Virus record (IMG/VR): IMGVR_UViG_3300028833_000003
DNA: 64,000 bases
Direction: 5' to 3' (one strand)
Source of the DNA: a virus
Shown here: positions 9,803-20,561 of the stretch, in pieces
How positions within the stretch are numbered: the stretch's first letter is position 1
Layout of the letters: every line of letters starts with the position of its first letter
Translations under genes and position numbers: made by a program
Notes under the pieces: generated by a model
What the model was told of the DNA's origin: nothing
Seen by the model: only the letters and a program-made list of their open reading frames with translations
The model's database searches: none

Positions 9803-10999
9803 ATGTGTATGATTTTAACTGCTAAACAAGAACAAGGATTGAAAATCGCGGTTGAACGTTATCATAATAATGAACCATATACAGTAATCGCAGGCTATGC
9901 TGGCACTGGTAAATCTACTCTTATTAGATTTATCATTGCCGCATTAGATTTAGATGAACATTTTGTAACCTATGTGGCATATACGGGAAAAGCCGCGCAA
10001 GTGTTGCGGAACAAGGGTTGCCCTAATGCTCGTACAGCACACAAGTTGCTCTATCGTTCAGTTCCTAAAAAGGATGGAACATTTTTTCATCTACCTGTTG
10101 AGTCATTAGCGCCATATCAATTAGTTGTTGTTGATGAAGTTTCTATGCTCCCTAAGAAAATGTGGGAGCAATTATTGTCATATGGTGTTCATGTTATTGC
10201 TTTGGGCGATCCTGGCCAGTTGCCACCTGTTGCGGCAGAAGATAATGGTGTATTGGAGCATCCGCAAATCTTTTTGGACGAAGTAATGCGGCAAGCAGAA
10301 GAAAGCGAAATTATTCGTTTAACTATGGACATTCGAGAAGGGAAGCCTTTACAATACCAACATGGACAAGAAGTGCGTGTTGTAGATCGTAATGAATTTT
10401 TAAAGCCAGGTTTCCTCTTTTGGGCCGACCAAGTATTGGTTGGAAAAAATGCTACCAGACGTTTGCTTAATATGTCAATGCGGCAAGGGCTATGGAAAGA
10501 GCAATATCAAGAGGAACCAATCGTAGGAGATAAATTAATTTGTTTGCGCAACGATTGGGATAGAAGTAATGCTTCTGGTGATGCAATGGTTAATGGTATG
10601 ACTGGGCATTTAAAATATATTAGATATGCTACTGCCAAAACAGAAATTAACCCTTTTATGAAGCGCACACCCATTATTGATTTCCAACCTGACTATGAAG
10701 ATGCTGGGTTATTTGACTCAGTAGAAGTTGATTATAAGTTACTTACTACTGGCGAACCAACAGTGGTAAGAGGATTTAATGGTAATTGGGGAAAAATACC
10801 TAAGTTATATCATCCTCATGAATTTGATTATGGGTATGCGATTACGACGCATAAAAGCCAGGGTAGTGAATTTGACAAAGTAATTGTTTTAGAAGAGTTT
10901 TTGAAAAGTGAAAGTCGTGAAGACCATATTAAATGGTTATATACCGCGGCAACACGTGCGGCAAAGAAGTTGATTATTGTTAAGAATTTTCACCCTTGA
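9803..10999 (+). CDS. RecD/Dda-like SF1 DNA helicase
   Basis: GYAGTGKST (Walker A), VVVDEVSML (Walker B) and the C-terminal ITTHKSQGSEFDKVIV are present. By SD spacing the true start may be the second ATG at 9809. Confidence 0.8.
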   Translation: MCMILTAKQEQGLKIAVERYHNNEPYTVIAGYAGTGKSTLIRFIIAALDLDEHFVTYVAYTGKAAQVLRNKGCPNARTAHKLLYRSVPKKDGTFFHLPVESLAPYQLVVVDEVSMLPKKMWEQLLSYGVHVIALGDPGQLPPVAAEDNGVLEHPQIFLDEVMRQAEESEIIRLTMDIREGKPLQYQHGQEVRVVDRNEFLKPGFLFWADQVLVGKNATRRLLNMSMRQGLWKEQYQEEPIVGDKLICLRNDWDRSNASGDAMVNGMTGHLKYIRYATAKTEINPFMKRTPIIDFQPDYEDAGLFDSVEVDYKLLTTGEPTVVRGFNGNWGKIPKLYHPHEFDYGYAITTHKSQGSEFDKVIVLEEFLKSESREDHIKWLYTAATRAAKKLIIVKNFHP

Positions 11000-11024
11000 T
11001 TTTTTTAAAAAAGTATGATATAAT
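10996..11024 (+). promoter_or_regulatory. Early promoter copy P6
   Basis: TTGATT at 10996-11001 contains the upstream TGA stop. TATAAT is at 11019-11024, 17-nt spacer. Confidence 0.7.
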
Positions 11025-11057
11025 ATATATAGAATAAGGAAGAAAGAGGATTGTTGT

Positions 11058-14000
11058 ATGGCATTTTTTAACGATCATAATCACACGATGTATAGCAATC
11101 TTCGGTTAATTGATAGTATAAATAAACCGAAAGACTTAATTGATTATGCAATTCAATTAGGTCTTTCTGGTATTGCAATTACAGACCATGAAGCATTGTG
11201 TTGTCATATCGAAGTAAATCAGTATGCGCAGAAAATAAAAGAGCAGCATCCTGATTTTAAAATTGCATTAGGAAATGAAATTTATTTAACTGATACAAGA
11301 GAACCTCGGCAGAATTATTATCATTTTATTTTGATTGCAAAAGATGCACTTGGGCATAAGGCATTGCGTATTTTGAGTTCAAAAGCATGGTATAATACGT
11401 ATTATGCAAGTATGGAAAGAGTTCCAACTTTGAAAAGTGAATTGGCCGAAGTAATGCAGGAGTATAAGGGACATGTAATCGCAACAACTGCATGTATTGG
11501 CGGCGAGCTTGGACAAAATTTTTTACATCAACGGATAATGCTGAAAGCCGGTTTAGCAGATACGCAAGCTGAACAAAACATTCGTGAGTATTTGGATTTT
11601 TGCATTAATCTTTTTGGTGACGATTTTTATATTGAAGTTGCACCTGGCGAAAGTGAAGAGCAGATTTATGTAAATAAAAGATTATGGGAAATTGCGCAGG
11701 AATATAATTTAAAGATTGTCCCTGGAACAGATAGTCATTATTTGAAAAAAGAATTGCGGTTTGCGCATAAAGCATATCTTAATTCAAAAGATGGCGAACG
11801 TGAAGTTGATACATTTTATGAATATGCGTATTTAATGAGCGAAGAAGAGTGCCGTCAGCATCTACATGCAAGTTTTGATGATAATACGATTGACTGGATG
11901 TTTGAATGCACTCAAACGATGCAGAATAGCATACAAGATTATTCTTTGGAGCGTCCGCAGCAAATCCCAACAGTTAAGATTGACCCACCTGCTCCATGTG
12001 CATGGTGGGGAGTAAATAATCCATTTGCTGATGATTTTGGTAAAGGCGGATGCTATGAACTAATTGGTTCATTATTCACATCAAAAGAGCCCCAGGAACG
12101 TCAATGGATTAATGATGTGTGGGATGCTTTGGCTGATAAGATTGGTTATTGGGGAGAACATGAAGATTATGTGGCAAGAATTCAAACAGAAGCTGAGGTC
12201 ATCAGATACATTGGAGATCGCCTTGGGACTTGTCTATTTGCTTATTTCAATACCTTTAAGCATTATATTGATTTGTTCTGGGATTGTGGTTCTATCGTTG
12301 GCCCTGGTCGTGGCAGTGCTACGGGATTTTTATCAAATTATCTGCTTGGTATTACGCAACTTGACCCAATGAAATGGGATTTACCTTGGTGGAGATTTTT
12401 GAATAAAGAACGCGCGGAATTGCCTGATATTGATATTGACTTGGCGCCAAGCGTTCGTCCTGAAATTTTTGAGAAGATTAGAGAAGAACGTGGCGAACTT
12501 GGATGTGTTCAGGTTGTTACGTTTGGAACAGAAGGGACAAAAAGTGCAATTCAAACAGCATGCCGTGGATATAGAGCGCAAGATGATTTTGGTAAAGAGT
12601 TATATCCTGATGGTATTGATGTTGATGTGGCAAACTATCTTAGTTCTTTAATTCCACAAGAACGTGGATTTTTGTGGAGTTTGCATGATTGTATTTATGG
12701 AAATGAAGAGTTAAATCGTAAGCCTGTTGGTTTATTGATATTGGAATTAGATAAGTATCCAGGATTGTTGAATATTATTGAAAATATTGAAGGTATTGTT
12801 AAGCAGCGTGGTATTCATGCATCTGGTGTAATTTTATATGATGCAGAACATATTTATGACACCGCCGCGATTATGCGTAGTAAAGAAGGAGATTTAACTA
12901 CTTGTTATGACTTGCATATGTGTGAGGCAGCTGGCGATACTAAATATGACTTCTTGGTAACAGAAGTTTGTGATAAAATTATCAAATGTTATGAACTTTT
13001 GAAAGAACATTATGAAATTCCAAATATCAACTTGCGGTCATTTTATGATCACTATCTTCATCCCGAACATATTGATGTAAATAATCCTATTATTTGGGAT
13101 CATCTTGCAAAAGGTGACGTATTAGATGTGTTCCAATTCAATAGCGGTGTTGGATTAGCGATGGCAAAAGCAATTAAAGCAACTAATCCTTTAGAAATGA
13201 CTGCTGCGAACGCTATGATACGTCTAATGTCAGAACCTGGCGTTGAAAGCCAGCAGGATAGATATATTAGAATTAGAGATGGCGGCATTGGTTTATTTGA
13301 TAAAGAAATGCGTCAAGCACATTTACCAGAGAATATGATTGAAGCAATGCATAAGTATTGTGATACATATTATGGATGTTGTGCAATTCAAGAGCAAATG
13401 ATGCAAATTCTAATGGATGACAATATCGCTCATTTCACATTGAAAGAAGCAAATGATGCACGTAAAATCGTAGCAAAGAAACAAATGAAACGTATCCCAG
13501 AGTTGCGGCAGAAAGTATATAATGCTATTGGAGATACGAAAAAAGCAGACTATATTTGGGAAGTTGCAGTGCGGCCACAGCTGGGATATGCGTTTAGTTT
13601 GAATCATAGTTTGCCTTATAGCTTTGTTGGCATTCAAACCATTATTTTAGCAACTCAGTTTAGTCCAGTATATTGGAATGCAGCATGTTTGATTGTAAAT
13701 AGTGGTGCGGTCGATCCAGAGGAGAAGGGTCAAACTGATTACGCGAAAATTGCGAAAGCAGTTAATGATATTAAAGATCGTGGAATTGTTGTATCACCTA
13801 TTGACATTAATGTATCAGAATATGGTTTCACGCCGAACGCCGCAACTAATTCAATTATGTTCGGTATGAAAGGATTGTTGAATGTAGGTGAAGATGTTAT
13901 CACAACTATCATCAACAATCGTCCGTATGTAAGTTTTGAAGATTTTTACAATAGAGTAAAATTAACAAAACAACCAATGATTGCATTAATTAAATCTGGT

Positions 14001-14936
14001 GCATTTGATAAATTTGAAGATCGAAAGAAATTGATGGCAAAATATTTGTGGTTAGTCTGTGATAAAAAGAAAAAGATTAATTTACAGAATATGGCTGGGT
14101 TAATTAGACGTGATATGTTACCAGACGAATTAAAGAAACAACGAGCAGTATTTGAGTTTAATCGTTATTTAAGAGATAAGTGTGCTAAACAACCAGGAGT
14201 TTATCAATTAGATGATAGAGCATTAGGTTTTCTTGAAAAGTATGATGCAGAGTTCCCATTAACAATTGAAAATAATACATACTTATTAGATGCAAAGTTG
14301 TGGGAGCGCGAGTATAAAGTTCAAATGGACATTGTGCGCGAATGGATGAAAGACAATCAAGAAGATGCACTTTATCGGTTGAATAAAGAAATCTTTTTGG
14401 AAGATTGGAACAAATATGCGAGTGGCAATTATTCATCTTGGGAAATGGAAGTAATGTGTTTCTATGATCATCCTCACGAATTGATAAATGTAAGTAAATA
14501 TAAGTATGGTATTATGAATTACTTTGATTTACCAGAAGAGCCAATCGTAGAAACGTTGTGGCGTGGTCGTATCCCGATTTATAAGTTGTCGCGCATATTT
14601 GGTACAGTTATCGCAAAGAATAAAACAAAATCTCAGGTAACACTTTTGACACCAGAAGGTGTTGTAACAGTTAAATTCACAAAAGAATATTTTGCAATGT
14701 TTGATAGACAAATTAGTCAAAAGAACCTTGATGGAACAAAACATGTCGTTGAAAAATCTTGGTTCAATCGTGGTAGTATGATTATGGTTACTGGAATGCG
14801 GCGCGGTGATGAGTTTGTAGCAAAGAAGTATTCTGCAACACCTGGTCATCAGCTGTATAAAATTATTAAAGTCAATACTGATGGCACAATCGTCCTGCAA
14901 GACCAGCGAGCGCAAGGAGATTTAGAAGATGAATGA
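11058..14936 (+). CDS. dnaE: DNA polymerase III alpha subunit (DnaE-type, PHP domain)
   Basis: 1292 aa. The PHP motifs are HNHTMYS, ITDHEAL and PGTDSHY. The hallmark GPGRGSATGFLSNYLLGITQLDP...FLNKERAELPDIDIDL is present. Confidence 0.9.
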   Translation: MAFFNDHNHTMYSNLRLIDSINKPKDLIDYAIQLGLSGIAITDHEALCCHIEVNQYAQKIKEQHPDFKIALGNEIYLTDTREPRQNYYHFILIAKDALGHKALRILSSKAWYNTYYASMERVPTLKSELAEVMQEYKGHVIATTACIGGELGQNFLHQRIMLKAGLADTQAEQNIREYLDFCINLFGDDFYIEVAPGESEEQIYVNKRLWEIAQEYNLKIVPGTDSHYLKKELRFAHKAYLNSKDGEREVDTFYEYAYLMSEEECRQHLHASFDDNTIDWMFECTQTMQNSIQDYSLERPQQIPTVKIDPPAPCAWWGVNNPFADDFGKGGCYELIGSLFTSKEPQERQWINDVWDALADKIGYWGEHEDYVARIQTEAEVIRYIGDRLGTCLFAYFNTFKHYIDLFWDCGSIVGPGRGSATGFLSNYLLGITQLDPMKWDLPWWRFLNKERAELPDIDIDLAPSVRPEIFEKIREERGELGCVQVVTFGTEGTKSAIQTACRGYRAQDDFGKELYPDGIDVDVANYLSSLIPQERGFLWSLHDCIYGNEELNRKPVGLLILELDKYPGLLNIIENIEGIVKQRGIHASGVILYDAEHIYDTAAIMRSKEGDLTTCYDLHMCEAAGDTKYDFLVTEVCDKIIKCYELLKEHYEIPNINLRSFYDHYLHPEHIDVNNPIIWDHLAKGDVLDVFQFNSGVGLAMAKAIKATNPLEMTAANAMIRLMSEPGVESQQDRYIRIRDGGIGLFDKEMRQAHLPENMIEAMHKYCDTYYGCCAIQEQMMQILMDDNIAHFTLKEANDARKIVAKKQMKRIPELRQKVYNAIGDTKKADYIWEVAVRPQLGYAFSLNHSLPYSFVGIQTIILATQFSPVYWNAACLIVNSGAVDPEEKGQTDYAKIAKAVNDIKDRGIVVSPIDINVSEYGFTPNAATNSIMFGMKGLLNVGEDVITTIINNRPYVSFEDFYNRVKLTKQPMIALIKSGAFDKFEDRKKLMAKYLWLVCDKKKKINLQNMAGLIRRDMLPDELKKQRAVFEFNRYLRDKCAKQPGVYQLDDRALGFLEKYDAEFPLTIENNTYLLDAKLWEREYKVQMDIVREWMKDNQEDALYRLNKEIFLEDWNKYASGNYSSWEMEVMCFYDHPHELINVSKYKYGIMNYFDLPEEPIVETLWRGRIPIYKLSRIFGTVIAKNKTKSQVTLLTPEGVVTVKFTKEYFAMFDRQISQKNLDGTKHVVEKSWFNRGSMIMVTGMRRGDEFVAKKYSATPGHQLYKIIKVNTDGTIVLQDQRAQGDLEDE

Positions 14937-15579
14937 GAATGTAAAAACTATCATTGCTATATGCGGTAAATCTGGGTCTGGTAAAGACTCACTTGAAAAA
15001 TTAATGTGTAAGTTGGTTCCTATCGCGCATCCAATAGTCAGTCATACTACCCGCCCCAAGCGGGAGTATGAAACTGACGGCGTAGATTATCATTATGTTA
15101 CTGATGAACAATTCTTAGATTTGGTCGTTCAAGGACAAATGCTAGAAGCAAGTTATTTCAATCATTGGCATTATGGAACTAGTTTGTCCTCTCTACAAGA
15201 CGGATTAAATGTTGGAGTATTTAATCCAGATGGGCTAGATGCTCTTTTGGAAAGCTCACGAGAGCGTAAAGATTTATTTGTACTATGCTATTATCTGGAT
15301 GTAGATGGCAAAACACGCTTGCTGCGTCAGCTGAACCGAGAAGAGCACCCTGATGTTGATGAAATTATTCGTCGATATAGCACTGATGAAGTTGATTTTG
15401 GTGATATTAATCTATTCCCAATTACTGCACTAATTAATGATACTCCAACTGACTTATATGATAATATTTTAATTATCTTAGATGATATTAAAAATTATAC
15501 TTCTCTTTTTGAAAAAGATGAATATTATGATACAGTAAGAAAGGTCATTCACGCGCGAGACAATGACGGTGCATGGTAA
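14929..15579 (+). CDS. Guanylate kinase-like nucleoside-monophosphate kinase
   Basis: P-loop GKSGSGKDS and SHTTRPKREYETDGVDYHYV, which matches the GK signature. Confidence 0.7.
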   Translation: MNENVKTIIAICGKSGSGKDSLEKLMCKLVPIAHPIVSHTTRPKREYETDGVDYHYVTDEQFLDLVVQGQMLEASYFNHWHYGTSLSSLQDGLNVGVFNPDGLDALLESSRERKDLFVLCYYLDVDGKTRLLRQLNREEHPDVDEIIRRYSTDEVDFGDINLFPITALINDTPTDLYDNILIILDDIKNYTSLFEKDEYYDTVRKVIHARDNDGAW

Positions 15580-15647
15580 GCGCGGCGGACCTATAAAGAT
15601 AATTTATTTATTTAAAATCCCAAAAATCTTATAGGAGGGATTTAAAA

Positions 15648-17885
15648 ATGGGTTTAGAAATTATAAAACGTAATGGTAATTTAGTTCCTTTTGATAAACA
15701 GCGTATTATTGATGCAATTAATAAAGCATTTATTGAAGTCGATGGAAAACTATTTGAAACTGACACTTCACGTAGTATCGCTGATGATGTAGAAAAATAT
15801 GTTGCAATGTAGGGCGAACCAATTCACGTTGAAGCAATTCAAAATATGATTGAGTTCTACCTTATGCAAAGCGAACGTAGAGACGTTGCTAAGGCTTATA
15901 TTCGTTATAGATATAAAAGAGAAATTGCACGTTCATATAACGCAGAGTTTATTGAAGAGATTGGTAAGAAATTACAAGCAAAAAATATTGAAAATCAGAA
16001 CGCGAATGTAGATGAACATTCATTTGGTGGCAGAAAAGGTGAAGCTACAAATTTGTTGATGAAACAGTATGCGCTTGACTTTCTTATTAGTCCTCGTCAC
16101 GCATATAATCACTTGCATAATCGTATCTATATCCACGATTTAGATGCCTATGCAGTTGGTATGCACAACTGTTTATCAATTCCTTTTGATGATTTGCTTG
16201 CGAAAGGCTTTAATACGCGACAAACTGATATTCGTCCTGCAAACAGTATTAATACTGCTTTCCAACTTGTCGCTGTTATATTCCAGTTACAGAGCTTACA
16301 ACAGTTCGGTGGCGTCTCAGCAACTCATTTAGATTGGACAATGGTTCCATATGTTCAAAAGTCATTTGCTAAACATTTTAAAAAGGGCTTGCGCTGGACT
16401 GAAAAAGCGCCTGCCGATTATATTGAAAATGTTCCTGATATGATACCTATTGAGTCACCTATCGCGCAGGACTGGGTTAATGCTTATAAATATGCTATGG
16501 CTATGACAGAGCAAGAATTAAAGCAAGCCGTAGAAGGTATGTATCATAATCTCAATACTTTACAGTCACGCAGTGGCAATCAGTTACCTTTCACTTCTAT
16601 TAATTACGGCACATGCACGCTTCCAGAAGGCCGTTTGGTTATTGAAGCATTATTGAATGGTTCTATTGATGGTGTAGGTAAATTACATCGTACTCCTATT
16701 TTCCCTTGCGGTATTTTCCAAATGATGAAGGGTGTTAATAGAACACCTCGTGACCCAAATTATGATTTATATAGATTAGCATTGCAATCAACAGCAAAAC
16801 GTTTATATCCTAACTATGCTAATGTTGATTGGAGCGGCAATGCCGGTTATGACCCAGCTGATCCAAAAACTTATTTCAGCACTATGGGTTGCCGCACTAG
16901 TAATGGTTTAGATATAAATGCAGAACCTGGTACTAATCCTCAGACCAAAGATGGCCGTGGGAATATCTGCCCAGTAACTATCATTCTCCCTACTATTGCT
17001 ATGGAAGCAAAAGCAGCGTATAAAGATGATAACATTACTAATGATACGATTATTGATTATTTTATGAGATTTTTAGGCAGCGCCATTGAAGATGCAAGAG
17101 ATTGTTTATTAGAACGTTTTGACTATATTTGTTCGCAATCTCCTGAATCTGCCAAATTTATGTATGAAAATGGCACAATGCTCGGGTATCATCCAGAAGA
17201 AGGCATCCGTTCTGCTTTAAAACATGGTACAATTGTTATTGGTCAGCTCGGTTTGGCAGAGTGCTTGGAAATTTTAATTGGTAAAAACCAGACTACCGAT
17301 GAAGGTATGGCTTTGGCCAAACAAATAGAACAATTATTTAAAGAGCGTTGTGCAGAGTATAAGCAACAGTATAAATTAAATTTTGGTGTTTATTATACCC
17401 CTGCTGAGAATCTTTGCTATACTGCTATGAAATATTTCAAACAACAGTATGGTGAAATTAAAAATGTATCTGACCATGAATATTTTACCAATAGCATCCA
17501 TGTACCAGTATGGGAGCATGTTGGTGTGCTTGATAAAATTGAAATTGAAAGTCAATTAACTGGTTATAGTAATGCAGGTTGTATCACTTACGTAGAACTT
17601 GATAGCGGCATTGCTAATAACTTAGACGCTTTGGATTAGATTGTCCAGTTTGCTATGGACAAAGATATTCCATATCTTGCTATTAATGTTCCTAATGACA
17701 CTTGTTTAGAGTGTGGTTATACTGGTGAATTTAATGATAAATGCCCGATGTGTGGCAGCACGCATTTACAGCAATTGCGGCGTGTTACTGGTTATTTAAC
17801 TGGCGATTATAAAACCGCATTTAACTGGGGCAAACAAAAAGAAACAGAAGCAAGAGTAAAACACGTTAATGAATTAAAGGAGTGA
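15648..17885 (+). CDS. nrdD: Anaerobic ribonucleoside-triphosphate reductase (2 in-frame TAG)
   Basis: Three same-frame fragments are joined by TAGs at 15810 and 17637.
- N-terminal ATP-cone (IIKRNGNLVPFDKQRIIDAI...AKAYIRYRYKRE)
- catalytic core
- C-terminal Zn ribbon CLECGY..CPMCGS plus the glycyl-radical motif RRVTGYL
- SD TAGGAGGG. Confidence 0.9.
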
Positions 17886-17889
17886 GAAC

Positions 17890-18372
17890 ATGCGCTACGC
17901 AGGAATTATATATGATGATACCGCCGCAGCGCCGGGTTTAAGTCTCACATTCTTTACCCAAGGTTGTCCTATTCATTGCCCGGGTTGCCATAACCCGGGC
18001 ACTTGGGACCCAGATGGCGGACGTGAATTTACACCAGAAGTATTAAGTAGAGTATTAGATGGACTTACTAAAAATGGTGTAACTCGTAATTTTTGTATTA
18101 TGGGCGGAGAACCGTTAGCTCCATATAATGTTTTTCTTACACATCTATTGGTAAAAACAGTAAGAGAAAAATATCCGCAAATTCAAATTTATTTATGGAC
18201 TGGTTATACATTGGATCAAGTAAAAGAAAATGCAAAGAGCAATCCACATATTGACGCAATTCTATCTAATATAGATTGCATCATTGATGGACCATTCATT
18301 CAATCACAACGTGATATTACATTATTTATGCGCGGTAGTGCCAATCAAAGAATTACATATTTGACGGAATAA
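17890..18372 (+). CDS. nrdG: Anaerobic RNR activating radical-SAM protein
   Basis: The sequence ..PGLSLTFFTQGCPIHCPGCHNP.. is characteristic of NrdG. The gene is adjacent to nrdD. Confidence 0.85.
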   Translation: MRYAGIIYDDTAAAPGLSLTFFTQGCPIHCPGCHNPGTWDPDGGREFTPEVLSRVLDGLTKNGVTRNFCIMGGEPLAPYNVFLTHLLVKTVREKYPQIQIYLWTGYTLDQVKENAKSNPHIDAILSNIDCIIDGPFIQSQRDITLFMRGSANQRITYLTE

Positions 18373-18389
18373 AAAAAATATGATATAAT
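18361..18389 (+). promoter_or_regulatory. Early/middle promoter copy P7
   Basis: TTGACG at 18361-18366 lies inside the last codons of nrdG. TGaTATAAT ends at 18389, 17-nt spacer. Confidence 0.65.
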
Positions 18390-18418
18390 GTACATAGAAA
18401 ATATAAGGAGCTAATAGC

Positions 18419-18898
18419 ATGAAAAAGCATGAAGATGGATACCTCGTAGAGCCAGAAGAATTAGAAGCTCTTGAAAAAGGTGAAAATATTAAATTAGAAG
18501 GCGAAAGCTATCCCATTGATACTGGGTTATCTTTATATTAGGTAAATCAGCAACTCGTTAATCAAATGCCTGTATTATCAAAAGAAATTGCTTATACGAA
18601 ATATTATGATAGTTGGCGCGGTTGGATTAGCGGACATGCTGCTCATTATTATGTTTTTATTTGCCGCGATGGTGGTGAATATACATTCTTTGTAAATCGT
18701 CAAGGTACAGCTAAACCTGGTGTAATTTGGGATAATCTTTGGGATGTTTTTGATCGTATTGGTGATGTCCTTAGTATTGAACCAGCGCCAGAAGGTATGG
18801 ATGATGTTGTAGAAGTATGGATTCGCGCACGCGAAGAAGGTGCGCAGCCACTCGTTTATTATTTCGTAGATTGGGACGAAGGGACGATTGAAGTATGA
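18419..18898 (+). CDS. Hypothetical protein (159 aa, 1 in-frame TAG)
   Basis: ATG at 18419 after AAGGAG. The TAG at 18539 is in frame with the track ORF 18566..18898. Confidence 0.5.
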
Positions 18899-19155
18899 AG
18901 AAATTGCTGTGGGATGTAAATCAATTTACTACTCATTCAACGATATATGATACTGATGGTATTTCTCTACAACTATTTGGTCGAGACACGGCAACTCAGC
19001 TTGCCAGTCTTGCAAACTATATTTCGCTCTTAGATGACGATGTACAAATTTTAGTTAATCGCAAAGGCTATGCTAAATTGACTATGCCGCTTGCGCAAGT
19101 ATTAAATACCAAATATTCTAATCAACATAAGATTGAGATTATTGAGGAGGACTAA
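18895..19155 (+). CDS. Hypothetical protein (86 aa)
   Basis: ATGA overlap with the upstream gene. The ORF is intact. Confidence 0.45.
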   Translation: MKKLLWDVNQFTTHSTIYDTDGISLQLFGRDTATQLASLANYISLLDDDVQILVNRKGYAKLTMPLAQVLNTKYSNQHKIEIIEED

Positions 19156-19414
19156 TATGGCTTATCTTTTGAATACAGTAGAAACGTATCAGGTAGCAAC
19201 TGAGCAAGAAGCACTTAATATGCGTGAAGCGTTTTCTAATCAACCTGAGTATGAATTAGAAAGTTTTAGTTATACTTGTAAATATGATAAAAAGGCTGAT
19301 GAAGACTATGTAGTTGTTAAAGTAAAGAAGTTTGTCAATAAAGAAAAAGATTGCAAACGTGATGTTATAACTAGTATTCTTCCAAGAGCCGGAATAGGAG
19401 ATACCACATGGTAA
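19147..19414 (+). CDS. Hypothetical protein (88 aa)
   Basis: ATG at 19147 lies 6 nt after GAGGAGG. The TAA stop overlaps the dut start. Confidence 0.45.
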
Positions 19415-20010
19415 TTGATGCAGAATTTAAATGTGTAAAACAATATGAAGGTTAGGAAGAGCAACTACTTCCTAGACGCGCAACCGCGGGCTCTGCTGGA
19501 TATGATTTTATTGTAGCAGAAGATACAATAGTCCCAGCAATGGAAAAACAATTTTTTGATTTTGAAAAAAGATACCAAGCCTATGTGAAAGAACGGTATC
19601 AGAGCTTTGAAGACTACGCTAAAACTGAAACAGAAGATGGCGCGCTTTCTTTGGATAGGTTAAAGCAATTCTGTAAGTTATGGAAGATTAAACCCACACT
19701 TGTTCCTACTGGCGTTAAGGCAAGAATGCCAAAAGACTATTATCTGCAATTAAGTGTGCGGTCGAGCCTACCTTTAAATGATTGGCTTATTCTTGCTAAT
19801 GGCGTAGGCATTATAGATAGCGATTACTATGATAATCCCGATAATGAAGGGCATATTTTCTTCCAATTAATCAATCTCCATCCTGCTGACATTATTCTCC
19901 ATAAAGGTGATAGGATTGGACAAGGTGTGTTTCTCCCCTACTACACCGTGCTATCTGAAAACACTGTGGTTGATGAACGTACTGGCGGGTTTGGTTCTAC
20001 AAATGGCTAA
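19408..20010 (+). CDS. dut: dUTPase (trimeric type) with ~48-aa insertion (1 in-frame TAG)
   Basis: Reading TAG at 19453 through restores LPRRATAGSAGYDF (motif I/II). It is followed by LVPTGVKA, VRSSL, GIIDSDYY and ERTGGFGSTNG. Confidence 0.8.
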
Positions 20011-20491
20011 AATTCTCGCATATGACCAGGCTTCGAGAGTATCGGGCTGGTCATTTTTTGTTGATGGGGAGTTAAAAGACTACGGGCACTTTTCCTTTGA
20101 ATTTACAAACTTTGCTCTTCGCTTGCTTAGGATTTGTTAGCAAATGGAGGAGCAAATTAAGAAATACGAGCCAGACGTTATCCTATTAGAAAATATTTCT
20201 CTAGAAGGGAGAGGACCCGTTAATGTATCTACTTTTTAGAAGCTCGCGCAAGTGCAAGGCGCAATGATGATGACTGCGCAAGCGCACGATATTGAAGCAA
20301 AATTAGTTTATCCAAGTGAGTGGAGAGCGAAATGTAATTTCCTTAAAGGTGAAGATAAGCACCGAGATAATTAGAAACGTATCGCTCAATAGTGGGTTCT
20401 ATCAACATTTAATAAAAAATGCACACAAGATGAGGCGGATGCAATATGTATAGGATATAGCGAAACAGCTAATGAAATGATGACGTGGTAA
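20003..20491 (+). CDS. ruvC: RuvC-like Holliday junction resolvase (4 in-frame TAG)
   Basis: ILAYDQASRVSGWSFF (catalytic Asp), VILLENIS (Glu) and DEADAICIG (Asp-Asp) are present. TAGs are at 20138, 20237, 20372 and 20390. The stop is TAA at 20489. Confidence 0.7.
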
Positions 20492-20561
20492 TTAAATGGG
20501 TAGGTCTAGTTGGAAGACATACCCTATTTTTTATATTCAACGAGAGGAGGGTGCTGCCAAT

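Noticed and set aside
12064-12651. + strand ORFs 12064..12372, 12430..12651, 3510..3719, 5763..5951 and 16144..16332, nested in other frames of dnaE, the ATPase gene, the helicase gene and nrdD.
   Set aside because: They overlap strongly supported genes in alternative frames, and they have no RBS and no recognisable motifs.
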